Below, one piece after another: positions 51,329 through 60,722 of a stretch of 64,000 nucleotides of DNA. The notes under the pieces were generated by a model. That model did not search any database. It was given only the letters and a program-made list of their open reading frames with translations, and was not told the origin of the DNA. The translations under genes and the position numbers were made by a program. This DNA is from an uncultured cyanobacterium (GTDB lineage Bacteria; Cyanobacteriota; Cyanobacteriia; Cyanobacteriales; CAWUOF01), in the NCBI GenBank assembly GCA_963744145.1, contig CAVUSO010000001.1, positions 3,424,001 to 3,488,000 of the forward strand, in the 5' to 3' direction. Numbering within the stretch: the stretch's first letter is position 1; every line of letters starts with the position of its first letter.

Positions 51329-53041
51329 CTAAGAAGTCCATCCAACCGAGCAGACAACCCGAAAGCCGATGACGATGACGAGGTTGCTGTCATCCGGCCA
51401 ATAATAGAAGCGATACGCAGAACGACAATCCTGCGGGTTATTGCCCCACGACCCACCGCGCCCCAGTCGCCTGTAAGAATTATTCTCATTATCATTTTGC
51501 TCTTCATTGATCCGGGCACTTCCATCATTAGGTGCCCCTTCATAATTATAGTGCCAATGGTCTAGACACAATTCCCAGACGTTCCCGTGCATATCATATA
51601 AGCCAAATCTATTTGCTGCCTTAAAACTTCCTACTGAGCTTGTTTCTTTTCGATAAATCCCTGTTGAACCAAAACCATAGATATAATTACCATCATAGTT
51701 AGCTAAATCTGTCGTGATTGTTTCCCCAAAATGAAATGGTGTAGTCGTTCCCGCTCGACAAGCATATTCCCATTCTGCTTCACTTGGTAATCTATATTCT
51801 CTTCCTGTCTTCCTTGACAACCGATCGCAAAATTCTACTGCTTCATTCCAGGTAACCCTTTCTACTGGGCGATCGCTTCCTTTAAATCTAGATGGATCTA
51901 ACTTAAGCTCTCGATTAACTTGAGGTAAACTTGCTATCTCCTTCCACTGTGCTTGGGTTATAGGATATTTACCCATAAAAAATGGTTTAACTGATACTTC
52001 ATGTAAAGGACTTTCATTGTATTCATGTCCTTCTTCATCTTCTGGTGAACCCATCATAAAGACACCTTCAGGAATATAAACCATTTCTAGATGAACATTA
52101 TTTCCTAAGTCTTCCCTATAACCTCTAGCTTGGTCTAAATAACGTTCAATTTTATAGGATTCACTAGATGGATCAAATTTTATTTCTGCAACTTCAAATT
52201 CAAAAGATTGTAGGTCAATAGTTGAATCTATACCCTGACTTTCAACACCAACAGCTACTTCTTCTTGAAAAGTTTGGGAAGTCTGAATACCTTCATCCTC
52301 AAAAATAGTACCCGGAAATTCTCTCAAATTCTCTGGCAAAACTTCATCTGATAATTTTAGTTCTAGATTACCTACCGGATAGGAGCGGGTTAAATCACTC
52401 GGATCTACTTCTTCTGATCTTTTCAATAATCTTTGCACCAATTGAGCAAATTCTAATAAACTAGGTTCCCCTTGCAATTGAGGTGATAAATCTTTAGTAA
52501 TTTGTGCTAACCGTTCAAATTCTACCCTAATTTCTGATTCCGTCAGTTGAGCATTAGCTTCTAGGAAACGTCTTGCTATTTCTTCAGCAACTTGGTTACA
52601 GTAATCATCCCCTAAAAATACCATTGCTGCCCAACGTTGTACTTCTAATTCTTTTTCCCTTCTCCCTGGATTAATCCTACTCAAATAATTAACATAGCTA
52701 ATTAAATCCTGGGCAACTTCTCTCATGCGTTTTGGGCCATAATGTTCCTTCATTTCTTGAATCAGATAGGATCTGATATGAGTGTCCATTGCATATAATT
52801 CATAACCTACTTGACTACATAATTCTGATAGCAATAAATCTACTTCTGCTACCCAAGGAACATTGTCACTTTTTAAAAATTGATTACGCAAATAGTTAAC
52901 TAATTCCGGTGTCAATACTAAAGGTAGTGCTGCATGATATGCTAACAATAGATAGGAGGGCTGAAAACGTCCTACAAATCGGTTAACTGTTGCAACTGCG
53001 GTTTCTTGCTCCCATTCTGCTAAATCTATTTCTTGTGTCAT
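51329..53041 (-). CDS. FGE-sulfatase (formylglycine-generating enzyme-like) domain protein with an N-terminal domain of the type found after MoxR-vWA genes
   Basis: C-terminal FMMGSP, PITQAQW, RLPSEAEWEYACRAG, NRFGLYDMHGNVWE, RGGSW and GFRVV. N-terminal HAALPLVLTPELVNYL...VAEVDLLLS. Confidence 0.88.
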   Translation of the reverse strand: MTQEIDLAEWEQETAVATVNRFVGRFQPSYLLLAYHAALPLVLTPELVNYLRNQFLKSDNVPWVAEVDLLLSELCSQVGYELYAMDTHIRSYLIQEMKEHYGPKRMREVAQDLISYVNYLSRINPGRREKELEVQRWAAMVFLGDDYCNQVAEEIARRFLEANAQLTESEIRVEFERLAQITKDLSPQLQGEPSLLEFAQLVQRLLKRSEEVDPSDLTRSYPVGNLELKLSDEVLPENLREFPGTIFEDEGIQTSQTFQEEVAVGVESQGIDSTIDLQSFEFEVAEIKFDPSSESYKIERYLDQARGYREDLGNNVHLEMVYIPEGVFMMGSPEDEEGHEYNESPLHEVSVKPFFMGKYPITQAQWKEIASLPQVNRELKLDPSRFKGSDRPVERVTWNEAVEFCDRLSRKTGREYRLPSEAEWEYACRAGTTTPFHFGETITTDLANYDGNYIYGFGSTGIYRKETSSVGSFKAANRFGLYDMHGNVWELCLDHWHYNYEGAPNDGSARINEEQNDNENNSYRRLGRGGSWGNNPQDCRSAYRFYYWPDDSNLVIVIGFRVVCSVGWTS

Positions 53042-53250
53042 ATTATATTTTTAATGAAACCAAAATCTGGGCAGGGCTGTTTCATGCTCTATTCTCGCAC
53101 AATCAACCTAACCCTACCCAATTTTCCATAGTCCAAACACCATAATTAGCGATCGCCAAACCCCAATATCCCCAATAAAAATGCCCCACCATTACAGTAG
53201 GGCAATCAATCAGGGTTCTTTAAAGGTCGGAGACGTTAGATTTGATAGGT

Positions 53251-53700
53251 TTAGTTAGATTGATTGGAGTTATCATCAAAATGATGTTGATGAGATTCAG
53301 CGTGATTTTTAAGTTGTTGTAGTTGGTCTGGCGTTAAGATCGCCTCAAATTGGCTTCTTACACTTTCGTGAATTTGTTTAAGTTGTGCTTTTTGGTCAGC
53401 ACTAAGAGTTATATTAGGTCTAGTATGGTTGGCTCTGGCTGCCGCTAATTGAGCTTGTTGATCAGCCGTGAAAACAGCAGATTCTTGTTGACGACTAGAT
53501 TCAAAAATTTGTTTCATTTGTGTTTTTTGGGCATCAGTTAAGTTTAAATTTTCAAATCTATCTTCCATTCCATGTCTTCCACCATATCCACCTGTTTGAG
53601 CAGAATCAGCAAGAGCTGGACTGAAGGAAGCGATTACAGGAGATACAGCAAGAGTTAGAGCGATTAGACCAGGTAATAAGAAAGATGCTTTGAGTTTCAT
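53251..53700 (-). CDS. Spy/CpxP family periplasmic chaperone-like protein
   Basis: Signal peptide and LTxxQ repeats (LNLTDAQK, FTADQQ, LSADQK, LTPDQL). Confidence 0.85.
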   Translation of the reverse strand: MKLKASFLLPGLIALTLAVSPVIASFSPALADSAQTGGYGGRHGMEDRFENLNLTDAQKTQMKQIFESSRQQESAVFTADQQAQLAAARANHTRPNITLSADQKAQLKQIHESVRSQFEAILTPDQLQQLKNHAESHQHHFDDNSNQSN

Positions 53701-53907
53701 AGTTGAGAAAGTTTTGATAGTGTTTTTTTGAGTAAGAGTTGTAACCTTTTTGAGTTAGCTCTTTTTCTTCATGTTTACAGAATAGCTATTTAAAACTTGT
53801 TCTAATAGTCTCTAAAGTAATGAGTTAACAGATGATAAAAGTTATAGTTATATCAATTTCATTTATTCTAGCTACAGTTCAATCCCCCCTAACCCCCCTT
53901 AAAAAGG

Positions 53908-55335
53908 CTACGGTGTACACACAACCATACCTAGAGCGAGTTTCCAGCCATCAAAAAAGGATTGAAATTGGCTTAGTCCGCGCACTAAAGTAGTAATTCC
54001 TGGCGGTTTTTGAGACCGATAGCCAGACCAACCACCCAGTCGAGCAATAATCCAAGTTGCCCAAGGTAAAGAATGAGGTGGATAAGGATTTTGTTGTGCT
54101 AAAGTTGGTCCGGAAACAGTGGGAGCAATCTGGGATAAACATTGCTGTTGTTCATCATTGAATGCGTAGGTTGCAGGTAATTCAGGCTGGTCACGCCCGA
54201 CAATTAACTGCAAAATTCTGACAGCTACCGATAAAGCTAAAACACACAATTTTTGAATAGATTTAATTGACTCTAATTGAGTTGCTTCGAGATCTAAGCC
54301 AACGGATTTGAGGGTAGCAAACAGTTGTTCAATCCGCCAGCGCCATTTGTACCATTCAATTACTTGTAATGCTTGTTCAATACAAACTACTCTATGTGTA
54401 GTGAGTAATCGCCAGTGAATCGGTTGTTGACCTTTTGGTGGATTGACTTCTACAGCTTCCACTGCGTAAAGATTGACACTTTCTGGATAATCTGCGGCAG
54501 ATAAATGCTCAGGACGCTGAATTTGAACGAGGGCACAACGTACTAACATGAATGCTTCTCTCGCTGTTCGTCCAACCCGTGAGTCAGCCTGGACTTCAAT
54601 GGCATAAGTTCCTTCACAATGTTGCTGACTTAAATAGGTATACAGAGACTCAGACTGCTCTTTGAGCCGACGGTTCTGTCCGACTCTAATTAAGAGATGA
54701 TGCTGTTGATTAGGTACTCTGACAAATTCTTCAAATATATCGCTTTCCCGATCGCCTATATGAGTCACCATTTTCACATTAGACCAGCTGAAACAGGTGC
54801 GGGTTTGAGCGGCTGACTTGAGCCATTTATAGGATTCTTTTTCTTCAATCGGTAAGTTTTTATATTTTCTTTCATGCTGATCCTGATGGTCAGGTTCTCT
54901 TGTCCACAATTGCACTGTACTTAATCCAAGTGGGAATCCATTTTCTGCATCTAATACCAGTGTGGGATGAATATAAAATCCGATATCTTGATTGTTTCCT
55001 ACTACTCCAATTCCCTCGGATTTCAATCTCCCTTTGTGAGACTCTAAGTTAATTTCACTACTATCACTTATCGCTAAGACGTGGTGTTTTCCATCTACCT
55101 GTAAGGCGCAATGCTCTCCTAAACTTACGACTAATTCTCCAGTTTTTACATTCTCATTCCCTAAAAATCGGTAATATCCAACTTGCTCGGCTCGATTTTT
55201 ACTGATTTTCCGAATATTTACTGATTGATGTTGTGCCATTGCTGCATACAATGAAGCCCCTCTTTTTCCCAGTCTTGGATCTCCGAATGCTGTTCTCTCA
55301 CATTGTTGCACATGAATTAAAATTGGATTTTCCAC
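53908..55335 (-). CDS. IS4-family Tn5-like transposase (apparently intact)
   Basis: Motifs FGDPRL, IGDRESD, WRLLT, YKWRWRIE and IARLGGW. The stop codon lies in the TIR. Confidence 0.93.
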   Translation of the reverse strand: MENPILIHVQQCERTAFGDPRLGKRGASLYAAMAQHQSVNIRKISKNRAEQVGYYRFLGNENVKTGELVVSLGEHCALQVDGKHHVLAISDSSEINLESHKGRLKSEGIGVVGNNQDIGFYIHPTLVLDAENGFPLGLSTVQLWTREPDHQDQHERKYKNLPIEEKESYKWLKSAAQTRTCFSWSNVKMVTHIGDRESDIFEEFVRVPNQQHHLLIRVGQNRRLKEQSESLYTYLSQQHCEGTYAIEVQADSRVGRTAREAFMLVRCALVQIQRPEHLSAADYPESVNLYAVEAVEVNPPKGQQPIHWRLLTTHRVVCIEQALQVIEWYKWRWRIEQLFATLKSVGLDLEATQLESIKSIQKLCVLALSVAVRILQLIVGRDQPELPATYAFNDEQQQCLSQIAPTVSGPTLAQQNPYPPHSLPWATWIIARLGGWSGYRSQKPPGITTLVRGLSQFQSFFDGWKLALGMVVCTP

Positions 55336-55397
55336 TACTTTTTTCTCCTTACTTCCCTTCTCTCCTTACTCTATCTCAACTTGTGTGTACACCGTAG
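53908..55397 (-). mobile_element. IS4-family (IS50/Tn5-like) insertion sequence, 1490 bp
   Basis: TIRs ctacggtgtacacacaa and ttgtgtgtacaccgtag. The 10-bp TSD cttaaaaagg is at 53898-53907 and 55398-55407. Confidence 0.95.
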
Positions 55398-55695
55398 CTT
55401 AAAAAGGGGGGAACCGGATTAATATTTCTTAAAGTCCCCCTTTTTAAGGGGGATTTAGGGGGATTCTGGATCTGTAGCAGTGCTTGGTGAGTCTGGTATT
55501 ATTTATCTCAATCTCTGTGATTAAATCTAGAGCATGATTGAATTCCAACAAAAAACCCCACCATTATGGTGAGGTATTTAATCAGGGTGCATGAGATTGA
55601 GTTAAAAAACCTAAGAGAAAAAGAGTTACTGCAAGTTGATTCTAGCCGTCTAATTGATGTTCGCGCATAATATTGTGATGTGCTTGTGAATAATA

Positions 55696-55950
55696 TTAGT
55701 AGCGGTTAGCTGCTTGACGTTGTGCTTCTATTCTGCGTTGTTCTGCTTGACGTTGTGCTTCTATTCTGCGTTGTTCTGCTTGACGTTGTGCTTCTATTCT
55801 GCGTTGTTCTGCTTGGCGTTCTGCTTGAATGCGTTGTTGAGTATAACTATTATTATTTGGATAGTAGCTATCGGCACGAGCGGGAATTGCAATTCCACCT
55901 AACATTAAACTAACGATTCCGACTAAAGCTAAAGATTTGTTGAGACGCAT
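55696..55950 (-). CDS. Small secreted protein with QRQAEQRRIEA (33-bp) tandem repeats
   Basis: Signal peptide ending in ARA, RBS aaggaag and three 11-aa repeats. Confidence 0.75.
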   Translation of the reverse strand: MRLNKSLALVGIVSLMLGGIAIPARADSYYPNNNSYTQQRIQAERQAEQRRIEAQRQAEQRRIEAQRQAEQRRIEAQRQAANRY

Positions 55951-56412
55951 ATTTTTGACTTCCTTTTTTGCTGGTGTTTTGGTTTGCTGTTTTCTATCTG
56001 TTAACAGCTTATGTCTTTTATTTTCTCAGCAATAGTCTCGAAAGTAATGAGTTGCAGGATGCTGATAGTTACTGTCTCTACCATGACTAATTGCACAGAC
56101 CTGAGCCCAGATTGCCGTAATGCTTTAGTGGGGCGCGATCGCCTGTATATATGTCCTATCTTTGGATGGCCGGATGATGTTGATGGCTATTTAGTGCAGA
56201 GCCTAGTAGTGATTCCTGGTGGTGGCGATCACTAATTGATGTAGGTCAATTGGTAAGAGTGCGATCGCCATAGGGGGAGAGGTCATTCTGGTAGAATAAA
56301 ACAGCTCTGTAAATCTGGTTAGATGTTAATATTTTAATCGATTTAGCTATCCGCTAAACACCTAGACCGTAAATCTGCTAAAATTCCCTTACAATCTACC
56401 ATCGAACAACTC

Positions 56413-56832
56413 ATGTCTGACAACGATCAAAACTCCATTGGGTTAGCTGAATTCATTCAACAGGTTAAACAGGATCTTCTAACCGTAGCACCTGGTAAAG
56501 ATAAGGATGTTCCCATTTTGTTTGTTGAGTCTGTAGAATTAGAGTTACAAGTTACAGCGAAACGGACTGGTAAAGTGGGTACTAAGGGAAGTGTCAAGAT
56601 TAATGTCTTAGGAACTGGAGGTGAGTTTGGTGGTGAAGTTGGTGGTGATATCAGTAATGATCGAGTTCATAAGGTAACCGTGAAATTATCTCCCCTATTC
56701 GATCAATCTCGTTTACAAGAATTTTATGAGACCTTACATTCTGATCAGATTCCTACAGCTATTCGGAATAGTTTAACTGCATTATTCAAAGGTAATGAAG
56801 AAGGGAACTTAATCGAAGAACTGGGTGAGTAA
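56413..56832 (+). CDS. Trypco2 (trypsin-co-occurring domain 2)-like protein
   Basis: Pattern IGLAEFIQQVKQDL...FVESVELELQV...G-rich...HKVTVKLSP. Confidence 0.75.
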   Translation: MSDNDQNSIGLAEFIQQVKQDLLTVAPGKDKDVPILFVESVELELQVTAKRTGKVGTKGSVKINVLGTGGEFGGEVGGDISNDRVHKVTVKLSPLFDQSRLQEFYETLHSDQIPTAIRNSLTALFKGNEEGNLIEELGE

Positions 56833-56855
56833 TTTTCTAGCAAAAGAGGTAATCA

Positions 56856-58313
56856 ATGGAAACCTTGAAATTAATGTTCTATCCCATAGAAAATAGTCAA
56901 GACCGTTTTAAAGTAATTGCGGAAGGAGCAGCTCATCAAGAACCATTGTTACCTTTTCCAGAAAATGAGATCAATCCCCGCTCCACTCTAGTCAGAATCT
57001 TAGACTCAATCAAGTTTAATCGCAACAATTTTTCGGAAGCAGAAATAGCTTGGATGGTGAGGGAAAAACTCAGCAATAATGATGCTTTTCTCCCAGACTA
57101 TTTACAGCAAATTGGGAGTAAACTTTATGCAACATTAGGTCAAAATATCCAGCAAATAGTGGAAACTAAAATAGCTGTGACTAAACGCGATCGCAATTGG
57201 TTACATATTCAGTTAGAATTTCCAGTAGATGATCATAAATATGTCCATTTAACTGATTATCCTTGGGAATTATTCTGTAATAATTATGGATTTCTCGCTC
57301 ATCAAGGTGTAGCTTTTTCCCGTTATCTTGCTTATCCTCGTCTTTGTCCAAATTTACCTAGTCATGATCGTGTTGAGGTTTTATTGATTTCTGCTAAAGT
57401 TGGTGATCAAAGGATGGGATTTCCACCCTTATCTAGTTCAGAACAAGAAGCGATCGCATTAGGATTACAAAATGCTCAAGAATCAATTCAATTGAAAACT
57501 TTAGCTAATCCAACTTTTCTAGCACTACGTCAGCATTTATTAGCAAATCCACTTCCCCAAGTTTTGCACTTTGATTGTCATGGTTTTTTTGGAAAACGCT
57601 GTCATCAACAGGAATGTAGAACAGCTCACAAACAAAAGGCAAATCAGTGTGAAAAATGTGGTACTCTTTTAGGAGAACCTCAAGGTTATTTGTTACTAGA
57701 GAATAGTCATGGAGCTGCTGATTATATAAGTGCTAAGGAAATCGGAGAGTTAGTAGGTAATCAACCCATTGGATTAGTAGTGTTAAGTAGTTGTCGTAGT
57801 GGAATGTCCCGATTGAGTGAGTCGGTCTTTAATGGAGTAGCACAAAATTTAATTGGTCAAGGGATTCCCGCAGTAGTAGCAATGACATATACTATTGAAG
57901 TATCTGCTGCTCAAGCTTTTGTGGAGACTTTTTATCGATCACTAGGAAAAAAAGATCCACTTGCGATCGCTTTACGTCATGGACAAAGTGCAATGGGGAT
58001 TGAAGGAAATCAGTGGTATCGTCCGATTTTATATCTGAGATGGGAGGATAATCAAGGGGGACAGTTATTTAATTTACCTATAGCTGAACCAGTTAGAGAT
58101 AGAATTGCATCCGATCGGAGTAAATTATCAAATATGAATCAATCAGCAAGTCGAAAACTTGATCTTGAAGAAGAACTGACAGATTTGTTAGAAGAAAAAG
58201 AAGCTTGTAAAAATCAAATTCGTTCCACTATAGATGATGCTCAAAAGACAGTATTGAAAAGGAAACTGGACAAATTAAATCGACAAATAGCTGAACTAGA
58301 AAGCCAATTATAA
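56856..58313 (+). CDS. CHAT (caspase-like) protease with Cys-rich insert and C-terminal EAD-like coiled domain
   Basis: YPWE, LHFDCHG (catalytic His), VVLSSC (catalytic Cys), GIPAVVAM and FYRSL. A CxxxxC...CxxC insert is present. Confidence 0.85.
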   Translation: METLKLMFYPIENSQDRFKVIAEGAAHQEPLLPFPENEINPRSTLVRILDSIKFNRNNFSEAEIAWMVREKLSNNDAFLPDYLQQIGSKLYATLGQNIQQIVETKIAVTKRDRNWLHIQLEFPVDDHKYVHLTDYPWELFCNNYGFLAHQGVAFSRYLAYPRLCPNLPSHDRVEVLLISAKVGDQRMGFPPLSSSEQEAIALGLQNAQESIQLKTLANPTFLALRQHLLANPLPQVLHFDCHGFFGKRCHQQECRTAHKQKANQCEKCGTLLGEPQGYLLLENSHGAADYISAKEIGELVGNQPIGLVVLSSCRSGMSRLSESVFNGVAQNLIGQGIPAVVAMTYTIEVSAAQAFVETFYRSLGKKDPLAIALRHGQSAMGIEGNQWYRPILYLRWEDNQGGQLFNLPIAEPVRDRIASDRSKLSNMNQSASRKLDLEEELTDLLEEKEACKNQIRSTIDDAQKTVLKRKLDKLNRQIAELESQL

Positions 58314-58339
58314 TTTTTAACCTGGGAAATTTGAGAGAT

Positions 58340-59344
58340 ATGGTAATTAACACTAACAATAAATACCTAGAATTAACATTGACAGATTTATTAGAGGAGG
58401 AAACTCAACTTTTAGCAAAAAAAGACACTTGTAAAAATCAAATTCGTGGCACTATTGATGATGCTCAGAAAATGGTTTTATCAAGAAATCTAGATAATTT
58501 GAATAAACAAATAGGAGAAATCCAAAAGCAAATAGAGGAAGTAAATAGTCAGCTTCACAAAAATGATATTAGCGGGGATGTTAATCGTCGTTTTCTTGCT
58601 TTAGAAGAAAAATTACCTAAAATTGACTTTAAAGAACCACTAAAGATAGTGCAAAATATTTTGAAGGACTTCGATGAATATGGAGCAGCTTTTTTTCTGG
58701 TTAATGATAGCTTAAGTATGGCTGGAGATTTATTTATTTTAGAGCTTAAAGATTTACTCAAACGTGAAACCACCGATTTAAAACATTATGAAATAGAATT
58801 TTCAGTAAGCGATCGGTTAGATGAGATTGGATTCTTGCAAGGAATAGCTAATTATTTAGGAATGGGACAAATAGAAACTCAAGCAAATGATGTCAATGTG
58901 ATTGACAAGATTATTGATTCTTTAGAAAATGGTACTATAGTTTTTGTGGAAACTAGAAAAGTTGATTTAATTAATGATAAAGGAGGGTTTTTATCTTGGC
59001 TCATTGAGGTTTTTTGGAAAAAAGTAGTTGAACAAATACCTTTAGTTTGTAAAGCAAAAGATATTGAACAAGTCAGATTTATTAATATTATCTTATCAGA
59101 TTGTGACCTAGAAGAAGAATGTTCAATCTTACCTTTTTTCTGTGAGGAAAATGACTTTGATATGTGTAAAGCTGTAAAAATTACTCTTCCAGACTGGAGC
59201 GAGCAAGAAATTAAAACTTGGTTAATCAAACATTCAGGATTATCTAAAGATAAAATCGAGCCAATGAGTAAGAGTATTTATAAATCAAGTCGTGGAGGTA
59301 TTCCTAAATTGATTTGTGAAGCTCTAAAAAATAAATTAAAGTAG
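58340..59344 (+). CDS. EAD-like N-domain plus inactive STAND (iSTAND) protein
   Basis: The N-terminus is homologous to the CHAT protein C-terminus. It also has LPKIDFKE, FWKKV and LPDWSEQEIKTWL...SRGGIP, has no Walker A, and lies directly upstream of MoxR. Confidence 0.75.
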   Translation: MVINTNNKYLELTLTDLLEEETQLLAKKDTCKNQIRGTIDDAQKMVLSRNLDNLNKQIGEIQKQIEEVNSQLHKNDISGDVNRRFLALEEKLPKIDFKEPLKIVQNILKDFDEYGAAFFLVNDSLSMAGDLFILELKDLLKRETTDLKHYEIEFSVSDRLDEIGFLQGIANYLGMGQIETQANDVNVIDKIIDSLENGTIVFVETRKVDLINDKGGFLSWLIEVFWKKVVEQIPLVCKAKDIEQVRFINIILSDCDLEEECSILPFFCEENDFDMCKAVKITLPDWSEQEIKTWLIKHSGLSKDKIEPMSKSIYKSSRGGIPKLICEALKNKLK

Positions 59345-59415
59345 TTTTTTTGAGAATATATGAATATCAGATTTATATAATTACTTGAGAAAGTGATAAC
59401 TTACCTGATATAATC

Positions 59416-59705
59416 CAATCCAGTTCAGTTAACCGTAGGGGCAAAGCATTTCGGCGAATAAATCATTACTGAAGCGAAGGATAATATTACCGAAATGCTT
59501 TGCCCTCAATCTATGCAGCCAACCGATCAACTATATATTAAAATACATTCAGTTACCATCATTTTTTGGGAGAACTCGGCGCAGAAAAAAGAAGGGCGAA
59601 GCATTCGGATATAATATTGCTGCCCTTCGGCTACGCTCAGGGTAAACTTTGATTGCTAAATTGTCGCCCGAATGCTTCGCCCCTACATTTAACTGAACTG
59701 TATTG
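59416..59705. mobile_element. MITE-like element with IS4-type TIRs and two REP-like hairpins
   Basis: TIRs caatccagttcagttaa and ttaactgaactgtattg (1 mismatch). The flanks tgatataatc and tgatatgagc look like a degenerate 10-bp TSD. Confidence 0.75.
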
Positions 59706-59744
59706 TGATATGAGCTATTCAAGATTACTAGAGGAAAATCATTT

Positions 59745-60722
59745 ATGTCCACTCCGGAAAGATTAGAATTTACGGGAAATCTAGAAAAACGACCCAAAGA
59801 ACCACATCGGGATTCTCCTAGTACACCAGAACCCTATATAGTTGATCCAGAACTTCAGAAAGCTGTAAATTTAGCTATCTATCTCCGTAGACCTTTACTA
59901 TTAGAAGGAGATCCAGGATGTGGTAAAACTCGTCTTGCTTCAGCAGTTGCTTATGAATTGGGACTTCCTCTCTATCGGTGGGATGTGCGATCGACTACTA
60001 AAGCTCAAGATGGACTTTATGAATATGATGCAATTCTCCGTTTACATGATGTTCAAATTCAGAAAATACCATCTGTTGATAAAATAGAAATTGAAGAAGA
60101 TGGTGAAATAGTTAATCGCAATCCCGCTAATCCTAAACATTATCGTCGATTCGGACCGTTAGGAAAAGCTTTTCGACTCCAGGATTGTCCAGGGATTGTT
60201 TTAATTGATGAAATTGATAAAGCTGATTTAGATTTCCCTAATGATTTGTTAACCGTTTTAGATGCTCCTTGGGAATTCAAAATTAAAGAAACAGGAGAAT
60301 TAATTAAAGCTACTACTACTCCAATTGATTGTAGACCGATTGTTTTTATTACCAGTAATAAGGAAAAAGGGAATTTGCCGATCGCCTTTCTCCGACGTTG
60401 TTTATATTATTATGTAGAATTTCCCAATGATTTGGAAAAGTTACAGGAAATAGTTGAAAAACATTATGAAATTGCTGAAATATCACCTCCACCAAATAAT
60501 TTAGTTGTTACTGCGATTAACCGCTTTTTAAATATCTGGAATGAAGGTGGACTATTTAAAAGACCTGGAACCAGTGAATTTCTGGATTGGTTAAAAGCAC
60601 TCCATACCTTTGAACCAAATCCTTATGATGCAGAACAATTAATAGCAGAACAATTACTTCCCTATCGAGAATTATTATTTAAGATCCAAGCAGATTGGAA
60701 AAAATATGCCAAGGTTTTATGA
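59745..60722 (+). CDS. MoxR family AAA+ ATPase
   Basis: Motifs RPLLLEGDPGCGKT, LIDEIDKADLDFPNDLL, ITSN and AFLRRC. Confidence 0.95.
   Translation: MSTPERLEFTGNLEKRPKEPHRDSPSTPEPYIVDPELQKAVNLAIYLRRPLLLEGDPGCGKTRLASAVAYELGLPLYRWDVRSTTKAQDGLYEYDAILRLHDVQIQKIPSVDKIEIEEDGEIVNRNPANPKHYRRFGPLGKAFRLQDCPGIVLIDEIDKADLDFPNDLLTVLDAPWEFKIKETGELIKATTTPIDCRPIVFITSNKEKGNLPIAFLRRCLYYYVEFPNDLEKLQEIVEKHYEIAEISPPPNNLVVTAINRFLNIWNEGGLFKRPGTSEFLDWLKALHTFEPNPYDAEQLIAEQLLPYRELLFKIQADWKKYAKVL

Larger units (their letters stand above)
53881..55465. repeat. Palindromic dispersed repeat split by IS4 (arms 53881-53907 and 55398-55465)
   Basis: The empty site reconstructs as aatcccccctaaccccccttaaaaagggggg...ccccctttttaagggggatttagggggatt. 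Confidence 0.75.

Noticed and set aside
55714..55913. Repetitive plus-strand ORFs
   Set aside because: They are antisense shadows of the 33-bp repeats in the minus-strand secreted-protein gene.
56011..56235. 74-aa ORF
   Set aside because: It overlaps the duplicated promoter motif and has no RBS or recognisable domain.
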